NCBI GenBank assembly: GCA_963675665.1
Contig: OY776510.1
Coordinates: 4,160,001 to 4,224,000, forward strand
Source: Spirochaetia bacterium
Lineage (GTDB): Bacteria > Spirochaetota > Spirochaetia > UBA9216
DNA length: 64,000 bases
Direction: 5' to 3'
The translations under genes and the position numbers were made by a program. This document shows, one piece after another, positions 19,885-29,258 of the stretch (position 1 is the first letter of the stretch; each line of letters opens with the position of its first letter). The notes under the pieces were generated by a model that was not told the origin of the DNA, ran no database searches, and worked only from the letters and a program-made list of their open reading frames with translations.

Positions 19885-20722
19885 GGCAACCTCCTCCGGA
19901 AACAATTCCAACACCTGAAGCTTTTATTCTTTTCAGAAGCTCCTCTGCGATTTCTTCGGGGCGGCCTTTAATTTCTTCACTCTTTCTCCCGGTATCAGGC
20001 GTAAAAATCGCTCCTGCCTTTGTCGGCGAGCCGTCAACCCCGATCCTGGACATATCAGGCTCAAGGGTTTCACAGTCATATATTTCAAAAGGTTTCTTTT
20101 TCGCCCTGATAACTCCCATGGCCGAGGTATAACGGGGTTTGCTGATATCTCTTGTTACACCGAGAACCGCAGGCAGTTTAATAATAAATTCGTTCCGGCC
20201 ATTTTCGTATTTCTGAAGAACGGTTAGAAATGCCGGGTTTGTATCGTCCACGGATATTATCTTTGTTATACTGCTCAGGTGGTTATAGCCCAGTTGTTCT
20301 CCGACCTGCGTCGGAACATGGCCTGTTGCGCCGTCGGCGCTCTCATTTCCGGCAATTATCAGATCAAAAGGCCCGGAAACCTCCTCCTTTTTTCGTATGG
20401 CTTTTACAAGCGTATAGGAAGTGGCCAGGGTATCGGCTCCGCCGAAAGCCCTGTCGCTTGCAAGGACCGCTTCATCAGCGCCCATCGCAAGCACCTCCAT
20501 CAGTTTCTCGCGTCCGTCCGGGGGCGCCATCGCAAAAACCGTTACCGTTCCGCCAATCTGCTCTTTAAGCTGAAGAGCGGCCTCGACAGCGGATTTATCG
20601 GCGGGGTTCACTATTGAAGGCGCCCCCGCCCTGTCGAGCCTTTTCGTTTCAGGGTCTATTGTTATACTGTTGTACTGCTCCGGGTCGGGAACAGGTTTAA
20701 CCAACACACCGATATTCATCAT
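19877..20722 (-). CDS. etfB: Electron transfer flavoprotein subunit beta
   Basis: VLVKPVPD, NPAD..AVEAAL, AMGADEAVL, GGADTLATS, GNESADGATG. Confidence 0.93.
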   Translation of the reverse strand: MMNIGVLVKPVPDPEQYNSITIDPETKRLDRAGAPSIVNPADKSAVEAALQLKEQIGGTVTVFAMAPPDGREKLMEVLAMGADEAVLASDRAFGGADTLATSYTLVKAIRKKEEVSGPFDLIIAGNESADGATGHVPTQVGEQLGYNHLSSITKIISVDDTNPAFLTVLQKYENGRNEFIIKLPAVLGVTRDISKPRYTSAMGVIRAKKKPFEIYDCETLEPDMSRIGVDGSPTKAGAIFTPDTGRKSEEIKGRPEEIAEELLKRIKASGVGIVSGGGCRE

Positions 20723-20740
20723 TTACTCCAATAAATACTT

Positions 20741-20828
20741 CCCGCACGAAGGCGGACTCAGAATTAATGCAGTGGAGTTTGCCCGGCAAACTCCACAATA
20801 AAAAATTGCATGGATGCAATTTTTTATT
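20741..20828 (-). repeat. Triple-hairpin intercistronic module A
   Basis: On the + strand: CCGC-acgaag-GCGG; GTGGAGTTTGCC-c-GGCAAACTCCAC; AATAAAAAATTGCA-tgga-TGCAATTTTTTATT. Confidence 0.85.
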
Positions 20829-21984
20829 ACGCTTTCCAGCCCCGGTAGGTTGCGCCTGCAATTATCAGTTTCTGTATTTCTGTGGTGCCTCCCGACGAAA
20901 TGCTGGCAAGTGCGTCCCTGTGGAATCTTTCAACCGGGTATTCGGTCATTACACCGTAGCCGCCCATAAGCTCAATAGCATTCTGCGAAGCTTTTACTGC
21001 GTTATCTACACAAAAGCATTTTGCAAGGGCGAATTCTGTAATTGCATTGATTCCTTTATCCTTTAAAGAGGCCGCCCGGTAGGTAAGTAGTCTTCCCGCT
21101 TCATACCAGGTTCGCATCTCCGCAATATGAAACTGGATCGCCTGTAGTTTGCTTATCGGTTTTCCGTATAATATTCTCTCGTTTGAAAACTTGACGGATT
21201 CTTCAAGACATCCCCTCATCAAACCCAACGCTATCGCGGACATTGAAGCGCGTCCGATTTCTCCAATCTGCTTCATTCCCAGCGGACCGCCGGCCCCTTC
21301 ATCTCCAATCAGTCTGTCAGAACCGATCTTTACCTCATCCATTATTACATCGCCTGTCCATGAACCGCGAAGCCCCATTTTATGCTCTTTTCTTCCCGGA
21401 CCGAAACCTTCATCTCCTTTCTCAAAAAGAAAGGTGGATATAAGATTTCTTCCGCGATCGTCCTGGCCGGTCACTGCCGTACAGACTGTGATATCTGCGG
21501 CTCCGGCATTTGTGATGAAGCACTTTCGTCCATTTACAATCCAGCCGTCGCCGTCTTTTACTGCGGTTGTTTTCTGACCGGCATAATCCGATCCGCCGCC
21601 CGGTTCAGTAACTGCAAGACCGCATATCTTTGAGCCGTCGCAGAGTGAGGGCAGATATTTCTTCTTCTGCTCTTCGCTGGCGCCGTCCAGAATTGCTCCC
21701 ATGCAAAGATGGTGGGTAAACACCGCTATGGCAAGTCCGCCGCTGTAACGGGCAATTTCTTCGATTACCATAACGCGTTCGATATGGCCGAGTCCTGCTC
21801 CGCCGTATTCTTCCGGAACAAAGATTCCCATCATTCCTATCTCGCCCATTTTGGGCCAGAGCTCCGCCGGAAAATAATCCTCGGAGTCCCACCTGGCTGC
21901 TTCCGGGGCAATCTCGGCCTCGATAAATTCCCTGAATGCGTTTCTAAGCATTTCCTGATCTTCGGTAAAAGTAAAATCAATCAT
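20827..21984 (-). CDS. Acyl-CoA dehydrogenase
   Basis: ATG 21984 with an AGGAG RBS. GLAVTEPGGGSD, NGRKCFITN, KMGLRGS, GGYG...EYPVER..RD, GGTTEIQK. Confidence 0.95.
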   Translation of the reverse strand: MIDFTFTEDQEMLRNAFREFIEAEIAPEAARWDSEDYFPAELWPKMGEIGMMGIFVPEEYGGAGLGHIERVMVIEEIARYSGGLAIAVFTHHLCMGAILDGASEEQKKKYLPSLCDGSKICGLAVTEPGGGSDYAGQKTTAVKDGDGWIVNGRKCFITNAGAADITVCTAVTGQDDRGRNLISTFLFEKGDEGFGPGRKEHKMGLRGSWTGDVIMDEVKIGSDRLIGDEGAGGPLGMKQIGEIGRASMSAIALGLMRGCLEESVKFSNERILYGKPISKLQAIQFHIAEMRTWYEAGRLLTYRAASLKDKGINAITEFALAKCFCVDNAVKASQNAIELMGGYGVMTEYPVERFHRDALASISSGGTTEIQKLIIAGATYRGWKA

Positions 21985-22004
21985 CCTTTCATCTCCTACT
22001 GTTT

Positions 22005-22784
22005 TCAAGCTTTAAAATCAGCCGCCCTTTTTTCCAGAAAAGCGGTCATGCCTTCTTTCTGCTCATCAGTTGCAAACGTAAGAGCAAAAAGTTCAATTTC
22101 ATTATTCAATGCCGATTTCTGATCGGCTTCCATACCGTTATTAATAGCTTTTTTGGCAAGTTTAACAGCAAAAGGCCCTTTTTTATAGATTGTTTCAAGC
22201 ACCTTGCGGCATTCGCTGATCAGCTCGGAAGCCGGGACAACCTTTTCGACCAGCCCTATGCGCAGGGCTTCAGCGGCGTCTATCATTTCAGCAGTCATGA
22301 TAAGGTATTTTGCCATACCCTTTCCGACAAGCCTCGGCAGCCGCTGGGTCCCGCCGAAACCCGGAATTATTCCCAGGTTAACTTCGGGCTGGCCCAATCT
22401 TGCAGTCTCGGACGCTATCCTGATATCACAGGCCATTGCAAGTTCACATCCGCCGCCCAAAGCAAAACCGTTAACGGCCGCGATAACCGGTTTGGAGCAT
22501 TCTTCTATTGCGTTCATAACCGAATGGGCGGCCGCCGACATACTGCGGCTTTCAAGCGCGGAGTAGTCTCTCATCTGGGCTATATCGGCCCCGGCCACAA
22601 AGGCTTTTTTGCCCTCTCCCGTTACAATAACTCCGCGTACTTCGTCGTCGGCCTCGATTGCATCAAAGATTTGTTTAAGCTCGCTGATCACGTCAAGGTT
22701 AAGGGCGTTAAGCGCTTCAGGCCGGTTTATCGTTACATAAGCCGTTGATTCGGCGACTTCATATTTGACATTACTCAGTTTCAT
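22005..22784 (-). CDS. Enoyl-CoA hydratase (crotonase family)
   Basis: INRPEALNAL, AFVAGADI, GFALGGGCELAMACD, GQPEVNLGIIPGFGGTQRL. Confidence 0.95.
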   Translation of the reverse strand: MKLSNVKYEVAESTAYVTINRPEALNALNLDVISELKQIFDAIEADDEVRGVIVTGEGKKAFVAGADIAQMRDYSALESRSMSAAAHSVMNAIEECSKPVIAAVNGFALGGGCELAMACDIRIASETARLGQPEVNLGIIPGFGGTQRLPRLVGKGMAKYLIMTAEMIDAAEALRIGLVEKVVPASELISECRKVLETIYKKGPFAVKLAKKAINNGMEADQKSALNNEIELFALTFATDEQKEGMTAFLEKRAADFKA

Positions 22785-22802
22785 ACGTTTTTTAAACCTC
22801 CG

Positions 22803-24479
22803 TTAAAAATGAATTGCTTTCCCGCGGACAGCCTCACAGGCTTCCATCAATGCTTCTGAAAGCGTAGGATGTGCATGAACAGCGGCGGCAAGCTCTTCCG
22901 AAGTAGATTCAAGGTGAACGGCTGCCCCGGCTTCAGCAATAAGATCTGAAGCATGTGCTCCGATAATATGCACGCCGAGGATCTCATCCCAGCGTTCATC
23001 AACTATGACCTTCACGAACCCTCCGGCTTCGCCTCCGGCAAGCGCTTTTCCGATAGCCTTGAACGGAAACTTGCCGACTTTAACGGGAAGCCCCTTTTCT
23101 TCTGCTTCGGCTTCAGTCATGCCGACCCAGGCGATTTCAGGTTTTGTAAATATGCATGAAGGAACAGCATTATAGTTTATCTTCTCAGTTTTTCCGTTGA
23201 ACAGATGTTCCGCCACCTGTAGCCCCTGCTTGCTCGCAACATGTGCAAGCTGGCATATGCCTGTTATATCGCCGATAGCATAAATATTTTCGGCGGAGGT
23301 CCCCAGAGTATCATCCGTTTCTATAAAGCCTTTCGAATCAAGTTTTACAACTGCTTCGGGACTCAACCCGTCGAGCACCGGCTGTCGTCCGACGGCGATT
23401 AGAACCGCGCCGGCGGCGATCTCCGAACCGTCTGCAAGCACAGCCCTGCCGTCCTTCACTGCCCTGAACCCCGTTGAAGTTCGTATATCTACGCCTGATT
23501 TAACCAGTTCCGCCCTCAGCAGCTCCGAAACCTCGGCGTCGGCCGCCGCAATGATACTGTCGAGCATTTCCACAATTGTAACCTTCACCCCGAATGATGA
23601 ATATATCGAGGCCATCTCCACACCGATTACACCTCCGCCGACTATCACGATTGATTCCGGAAGCTTCTTTTCGGCAAGCAGTTCCGCCGAATTATAGATC
23701 CTGACGCTGCCGTCGTTATCAAAGGGTATTTCAAGCGGTTTTGTACCGGTAGCCAGCACGATGTTTTCGGCTTTCCAGGTTTTGCCGGCAGCCGTTATTA
23801 TTCCGTCTGCGCCTGCCGAAGCCTCCGCCCTGACTATTTCAACATTGTTCTTCTTAAGAAGGCCCTCCACACCGCTGACAAGCGTATTAACAACCCGGTC
23901 TTTCCGTTCAAGGATCTTTTCCCAGTCGAACGACGGGTCCGACAGGCTGATTCCCATGGGGCCGGCATTCAGCACTTCCTGCCAGGCTTCGGCATTTCGG
24001 ACAAGGGCCTTTGTCGGAATGCAGCCGCGGTTAAGGCACACGCCTCCGAGCGAATCCTTCTCGAACAGAACAACCCTGGCGCCGAGCCGGGCCGCCCTTA
24101 TTGCGCAGACGTAGCCTCCGGGGCCCCCGCCGATTACTGCAAGGTCGTAAGAAGCTGACGCTTCTTCAACAGCTTCAACCCGTTCCTGCTTTGCCTCATC
24201 AACAGGACTCTTTTTTCCTACCGTAGGAGGAACCTCGCCGGGCTCTCCGATATACATAATAGGCTCGTTAACCTTTACAGTATCGCCGGCAGCGGCATAT
24301 AACTCGAGAACAGTACCGTCCGCGGCGGGGTTATCAACTTCAAGGCTGAGTTTCCCCGTTTCTATTTCTACTACGATATCTCCGCGCTGTATTTTATCGC
24401 CCTTTTTTACCAGCCAGTCGACTATTATTCCCTCTTCCATCGACATGTCCAGTTTGGGCATTGTCATAAATTTTCCCAT
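22803..24479 (-). CDS. lpdA: Dihydrolipoyl dehydrogenase (E3) with an N-terminal lipoyl domain
   Basis: ATG 24479 with RBS. Lipoyl domain MPKL...EEG.IV.W...GD...VEIETGK, GGGPGG, redox-active CLNRGC, HAHPTLSE. Confidence 0.95.
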   Translation of the reverse strand: MGKFMTMPKLDMSMEEGIIVDWLVKKGDKIQRGDIVVEIETGKLSLEVDNPAADGTVLELYAAAGDTVKVNEPIMYIGEPGEVPPTVGKKSPVDEAKQERVEAVEEASASYDLAVIGGGPGGYVCAIRAARLGARVVLFEKDSLGGVCLNRGCIPTKALVRNAEAWQEVLNAGPMGISLSDPSFDWEKILERKDRVVNTLVSGVEGLLKKNNVEIVRAEASAGADGIITAAGKTWKAENIVLATGTKPLEIPFDNDGSVRIYNSAELLAEKKLPESIVIVGGGVIGVEMASIYSSFGVKVTIVEMLDSIIAAADAEVSELLRAELVKSGVDIRTSTGFRAVKDGRAVLADGSEIAAGAVLIAVGRQPVLDGLSPEAVVKLDSKGFIETDDTLGTSAENIYAIGDITGICQLAHVASKQGLQVAEHLFNGKTEKINYNAVPSCIFTKPEIAWVGMTEAEAEEKGLPVKVGKFPFKAIGKALAGGEAGGFVKVIVDERWDEILGVHIIGAHASDLIAEAGAAVHLESTSEELAAAVHAHPTLSEALMEACEAVRGKAIHF

Positions 24480-24496
24480 TATATCTCCTCTTTCAG

Positions 24497-24581
24497 CCCG
24501 CACGGAGGCGGGTATTCGGGGCGCAGTTTGAAGAAGTCTTCAAACTGCAGATTCAAATTGAACACGAAGTTCAATTTGAAT
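24497..24581 (-). repeat. Triple-hairpin intercistronic module B
   Basis: On the + strand: CCCGC-acggag-GCGGG; GCAGTTTGAAGA-ag-TCTTCAAACTGC; ATTCAAATTGAAC-acgaa-GTTCAATTTGAAT. Confidence 0.85.
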
Positions 24582-24599
24582 AAATCTCCTGCCGCCAGT

Positions 24600-25589
24600 T
24601 TATAGATCGACCAATACGCACATCGGATTTGCAAGCAGATCTTCCAGCGTCTTCAGAAACCTGGCGCCTTCTATACCGTCTATAATCCGGTGATCCAGCG
24701 TCAGACTGAAACCGGTCACGGTTCTGACAACAATCTCGTCGTCAACAACAACGGGCTTTTTTGAAGTCCTGGAAATACCAAGAATCCCGCCTTCGGGCGA
24801 ATTGATAATCGGTGTTGAAAAATCAACAGGATAATTCCCAAGATTGCTGATGCTGAAGGTCGAACCCGTGTATTCGTCCGGAGTTAGCCTGTTTTCACGG
24901 GCCCTGGTTACAAGCTGCCGGCTGATTTTATTAATGTCCGAAAGCGACAGTTTTTCCGCATTCTTAACGACAGGAACTATAAGCCCTTCATCTAGCGCAA
25001 CAGCTATTCCGATGTTAACTGAGGTGTACCGCCTGATTTGTCCATCAACAAGGGCTGAATTAATCTTCGGGTTCTGCATCAGCGCAACAGCCGTTATTTT
25101 CACCAGGACATCGGTAAAAGTCAGTTTTGCGTCGGCGAACCGGCTGAATGCAGTCTTTGCCTCTGCAAGAAATCTGAACACTTCGGAAGTATCAAGCTCG
25201 GCGCACATGGTATACTGCGGCTGGGTTTTCATACTGTTAAGCATATTTTCGGCTATGACGTTTCTCATGCCGGACATGGGTATTTCAGTGTAACCGGGAC
25301 CTCCCCGGCCTGCGGCAGCTGAGTCGTTGCCGGTTATACCTTCAGTTCCTGCAAGTACATCAGCTTTTCTTATCTTCCCGTCTGCAGGGCTTAATGTTGA
25401 AGTGTCAATTCCATAATAATCAGCCATCTTTGCCGCAACTGCAGTAATTTTAACGCTTTTATGCTTAAAGGCAAGTACATCGCGGGTCAGCACAGCGCCG
25501 TAATCCCCTGTGCCCCGGACCTTTGACAAATCAATATTCTGCTCGGCTGCAAGTCTTCTGGCTGCCGGAACGGCCGGTATATTTTTCAT
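24600..25589 (-). CDS. Dihydrolipoamide acyltransferase (E2) lacking a lipoyl domain, with two subunit-binding domains
   Basis: Starts directly with PAARRLAAEQNIDLSKVRGTG, a second copy TAVAAKMADYYGID...GKIRKADV follows, and the catalytic DHRIIDG is present. Confidence 0.92.
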   Translation of the reverse strand: MKNIPAVPAARRLAAEQNIDLSKVRGTGDYGAVLTRDVLAFKHKSVKITAVAAKMADYYGIDTSTLSPADGKIRKADVLAGTEGITGNDSAAAGRGGPGYTEIPMSGMRNVIAENMLNSMKTQPQYTMCAELDTSEVFRFLAEAKTAFSRFADAKLTFTDVLVKITAVALMQNPKINSALVDGQIRRYTSVNIGIAVALDEGLIVPVVKNAEKLSLSDINKISRQLVTRARENRLTPDEYTGSTFSISNLGNYPVDFSTPIINSPEGGILGISRTSKKPVVVDDEIVVRTVTGFSLTLDHRIIDGIEGARFLKTLEDLLANPMCVLVDL

Positions 25590-25601
25590 GCCTGTCCTCC
25601 G

Positions 25602-26582
25602 TTATCTTTTTACCAGTTTCCTGACAGTTCCGACGACATCGTCGACTACAGGAACTATCTGCTTCTCGAGATCAGGGTTATAGGGGACCGGCATTTCCTT
25701 TCCTCCGAGCCTTTCCACCGGAGCGTCAAGATAATAAAAAGCCTCGCTTTCCATTATTGAAGAAACAACCTCGCCGGCAAAGCCCCCGAATTTGGGCGCT
25801 TCGTGAACAATTACCGCCCGGCTTGTTTTTTTGACTGAATTTATAATTGTTTCGGTATCAAGCGGTTTAAGTGATCGCAGATCGACAACCTCGGCGTTAA
25901 TACCCTCTTCAGCCAGTTGTTCGGCAGCCTCCAGGCAAACGGGCAGCATTCTTGAATAGGAGATTATGCTGATATCAGTCCCTTCGCGTTTTATGTCAGC
26001 CTTCCCTATTTCAATTGTATATTCAGCCTCAGGGACCTCGCCTTTTGTCCTGTACAGAAGCTTGTTTTCAAAAAACAGGACAGGGCCGTTATCCCTGATA
26101 GCTGATTTCAGCAGGCCCTTCGCATCATACGGAGTTGCAGGATATATTATTTTTAAACCGGGAGTATTCGTATACATCGATTCGAGACTCTGGGAATGCT
26201 GCGCAGCAGCGCCTGTTCCGGAACCGAAAGGTGCCCTGAAAACCAGCGGCACCTGCACCTGGCCGCCGGTCATAAACCTGTATTTGGCTGCATGGTTGAT
26301 AAGGCCGTCCGAAACAAGGGTTGAAAAGTCACCGAACATTATCTCAACAATTGGCCGCATCCCTACCATTGATGCCCCCATTGCCAGGTCCATAAAACCT
26401 TCTTCCGAAATCGGGGTTTCAAGCATCTGATCAGTACCGAATTCATCAAGCATCCCGCGTGAAACACCGAAACATCCCCCGTATACGCCAATATCTTCAC
26501 CGACGAGAACAACATTACGATCCGCTCTCATCTCTTCGCTCATAGCATCTTTAACTGCCTGTAAAAAAGTTATCTCTGCCAT
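25602..26582 (-). CDS. 2-oxoacid/acetoin dehydrogenase E1 beta subunit
   Basis: GEDIGVYGG, ETPISE, EIMFGDF, AQHSQS, VVDLRSLKPLD. Confidence 0.95.
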   Translation of the reverse strand: MAEITFLQAVKDAMSEEMRADRNVVLVGEDIGVYGGCFGVSRGMLDEFGTDQMLETPISEEGFMDLAMGASMVGMRPIVEIMFGDFSTLVSDGLINHAAKYRFMTGGQVQVPLVFRAPFGSGTGAAAQHSQSLESMYTNTPGLKIIYPATPYDAKGLLKSAIRDNGPVLFFENKLLYRTKGEVPEAEYTIEIGKADIKREGTDISIISYSRMLPVCLEAAEQLAEEGINAEVVDLRSLKPLDTETIINSVKKTSRAVIVHEAPKFGGFAGEVVSSIMESEAFYYLDAPVERLGGKEMPVPYNPDLEKQIVPVVDDVVGTVRKLVKR

Positions 26583-27563
26583 CTAAATATCCCCCTGACT
26601 GCTGTAAACATAACCAAGCGCTTCTTCAAGGCTGATCCTTTCCTTGCCCCTGCATTTTTCGGTTGCGGCTTCTATTTCAGCCTCAACATCAGTCTTCATC
26701 TTCTCAAAAGATTTCTCGGTAATATAACCGCGTTCCAGCAGCTTTGCCCTGAACATGGCTATGGGACATCTTTCCTTCCATTCGGCTTCTTCTTCCTTGG
26801 TGCGGTACTCACGTCTGTCGGACTTCGAATGTCCCAGCCACCTGTAGGTCTTGACCTCAAGAAGGAAGGGTTTCGGGTTCTTCCGCATATTATCCGCAAG
26901 CTCCTTTACGGTGCTGTAAACAAGTTCTACATCGTTTCCGTCGATTACCCGGTTTTCAATGTTATAGGCTGTTCCGCGAACTGCAATGTCTTCAACCGAA
27001 ACAGCATACCTGGCCGGCACCGACATCCCGTAAAGGTTGTTTTCACATATATACAGAACAGGCACGTCCCATATTGAAGCCATATTAAGCGCTTCATGAA
27101 AAGCTCCCCGGTTGCTCGCTGCATCTCCGAACATCGTGCAGACGATATTTTTGGAACCCGATCTTTTCAGTTGAAGGGCCATTCCGGTCGCCATCGGGAT
27201 TGCTGATCCGACAATTCCTGAACTTCCCATGTTTTTATAACGCGTATCGATAATATGCATCGAACCGCCCATTCCTTTGCATACGCCTTCCCTGATTGCC
27301 ATCAGTTCCGCCATTATATCGTACGGAGTGGAGCCTTTTGCTATGCAGTGCCCGTGCCCCCGGTGGTTAGGAAGAATCCAGTCGTCCCTGTCAAGCGCCG
27401 GGCTTACACCCGCATGAAGGGCTTCCTGTCCTATTCCGAGGTGTGTCGTTCCGTGTATCAGTCCCTGCATAAACATTTCGTTTACCTTCTCTTCGAAACG
27501 GCGCGACGTGAGCATCAGCCGCATGGTTTCAAGAGACTGTTTTTTTCCGAATTCAAATGCCAT
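26583..27563 (-). CDS. TPP-dependent 2-oxoacid/acetoin dehydrogenase E1 alpha subunit
   Basis: GTTHLGIGQEA, NHRGHGH, GGSMH, TPP motif GDAASNRG...ENN, TYRWLGHS. Confidence 0.95.
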   Translation of the reverse strand: MAFEFGKKQSLETMRLMLTSRRFEEKVNEMFMQGLIHGTTHLGIGQEALHAGVSPALDRDDWILPNHRGHGHCIAKGSTPYDIMAELMAIREGVCKGMGGSMHIIDTRYKNMGSSGIVGSAIPMATGMALQLKRSGSKNIVCTMFGDAASNRGAFHEALNMASIWDVPVLYICENNLYGMSVPARYAVSVEDIAVRGTAYNIENRVIDGNDVELVYSTVKELADNMRKNPKPFLLEVKTYRWLGHSKSDRREYRTKEEEAEWKERCPIAMFRAKLLERGYITEKSFEKMKTDVEAEIEAATEKCRGKERISLEEALGYVYSSQGDI

Positions 27564-27688
27564 TTATTGCCTCCCTGGACATAATTTTTATATCAGCGCC
27601 GTTTATAAAACCGGCGTCCGTCAGGCAGGGTTTCTTCAACCTCTGTCATAGTGTTACATTTGCTCACTTGTATTACTTATGTAACTTT

Positions 27689-27717
27689 ATAATATTACAA
27701 ATCGGGTGAATTCGCAA
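27689..27717 (-). promoter_or_regulatory. Candidate sigma70 promoter of the dehydrogenase operon
   Basis: TTGCGA-N17-TATTAT, followed by four 9-bp imperfect repeats. Confidence 0.45.
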
Positions 27718-27803
27718 GGGTAAAAACATGTTTTAAGAAAAATAATGAATAAAAATTACTGCAAGATGTATTAGACTTTGAAGAACAACAACGGAGGGTT
27801 TCA

Positions 27804-28301
27804 ATGACCATATCAGTCAGTGCGGGCAGTTTCCTGTATATCATGATGGCGGTTATAATTGGCGTAATTATTTTATCGATGCTTCTGAAAAAGGGAGACC
27901 GAAATAAAAAAATCATAACAGTAGTAATAGTTCTTGCAGTATTTATTTTTATTTACATATTGTTCGGCAGACCTGCCAAAATATTAATTGATGAACAGGG
28001 AATTAATTCCACTGCGTACGGGAAAATTGAATTCAACTGGAGCGATGTTAAAAGCGCGGAATATATAAGTAACTATCAAAACAGCCCGTACAAACCTTCA
28101 CTTAAATTGAACGGAACAGCCTTAAAATATTTTCGCGTAGGAAAATTTCGACTTGCAAACGGAGATAATGTTAAACTTGTTACCCAGAAATCCGACGATG
28201 CTTTGATATTTTACACTTCAGACGGAATCTATCTTTTTGCTATTGATCAGCTTAAAGAGATGATTGACATTGCAGATAACTACATTGAGGTGGTATACTG
28301 A
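27804..28301 (+). CDS. Two-TM membrane protein with a bacterial PH-like domain
   Basis: Two N-terminal TM helices, then I.WSDVKS...LKLNGTAL..FRVGKFRL.NG. Confidence 0.65.
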   Translation: MTISVSAGSFLYIMMAVIIGVIILSMLLKKGDRNKKIITVVIVLAVFIFIYILFGRPAKILIDEQGINSTAYGKIEFNWSDVKSAEYISNYQNSPYKPSLKLNGTALKYFRVGKFRLANGDNVKLVTQKSDDALIFYTSDGIYLFAIDQLKEMIDIADNYIEVVY

Positions 28302-28310
28302 TGTCAGGAT

Positions 28311-29258
28311 ATGGAAAACAGTTATACGAATACAGTACTCGAGGCAATCACAAAAGCCCTTAATCAGGGAATAAACGATGTCGGTTCCGTAACCATCACA
28401 ATCGTTGTGATAGTCGTGCTGATAACCGGATTATCAGTTATTATCAAATTCAGAAGTAAAAGCAGAATTAAGAACTCTTCGGAGGAAAGTTATCAGAAAT
28501 TAATCCGAAAGTTTAATCTTACAATCCTTGAGCTGGATCTGCTGGACAAGCTTGCTTTATCGCTTAAAAAACCGGAAGAAAAATATATTCTTCTTATCAA
28601 TAAAAGCAAATTGAGGCAGGCAGTCAACCGGACTGACAATTTAACGGACACGGACTTCAAAATGCTTGAACAGCTCCGGCTCAGGCTCGGCTTTGTCAGA
28701 AAGGACGATTCGGAAGGTAAAATATCCACAAAATCCATTAAACAGGCAATGCCTGTAATACTCAAACTGCATAACGGAGAATTTGCTGAGGCTGAAGTAT
28801 ATTCACTTTCCGAATCAAATATCACCGTAAAATATATGCATCAGAAAGAACCTGTAATCCCTGATAACGAAGTCCTTATGATTACGTTCATTTCCGGAAC
28901 CCCGGCTTTGTTCAATCTCCGCCCCGACCGCGTTAAAGGCGAACTTTTCAAGGCTCCTCATATCGAAGCTTTCGAATTTGAAAAGATAAATACAAAAATC
29001 GAGATAACATGTGAAGAAATTGCCGATTCTGATTCCGACAGTCAGGACAGGAATGAAACATTCAAATCGTTAATCGGTATTCTGTTTCCAAACGGCGCTG
29101 TAATACGATACGGCAGAAGCGAGCTGGTCCAGGAACAGGCTGTAAAAATCTTTCTTGACAACGACAGAAAGAAACAATATCCGCTTTATGCGGAAGTAAT
29201 AAAAATATCGGAAAAGAAAGGCCTGGCATCAGTCAGGTTTATAAATTTTAAAAGTTAA
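28311..29258 (+). CDS. Hypothetical membrane-anchored protein (possibly degenerate PilZ/YcgR-like)
   Basis: One N-terminal TM helix and a beta-rich C-terminus ending AEVIKI....ASVRF; no RxxxR motif. Confidence 0.55.
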   Translation: MENSYTNTVLEAITKALNQGINDVGSVTITIVVIVVLITGLSVIIKFRSKSRIKNSSEESYQKLIRKFNLTILELDLLDKLALSLKKPEEKYILLINKSKLRQAVNRTDNLTDTDFKMLEQLRLRLGFVRKDDSEGKISTKSIKQAMPVILKLHNGEFAEAEVYSLSESNITVKYMHQKEPVIPDNEVLMITFISGTPALFNLRPDRVKGELFKAPHIEAFEFEKINTKIEITCEEIADSDSDSQDRNETFKSLIGILFPNGAVIRYGRSELVQEQAVKIFLDNDRKKQYPLYAEVIKISEKKGLASVRFINFKS

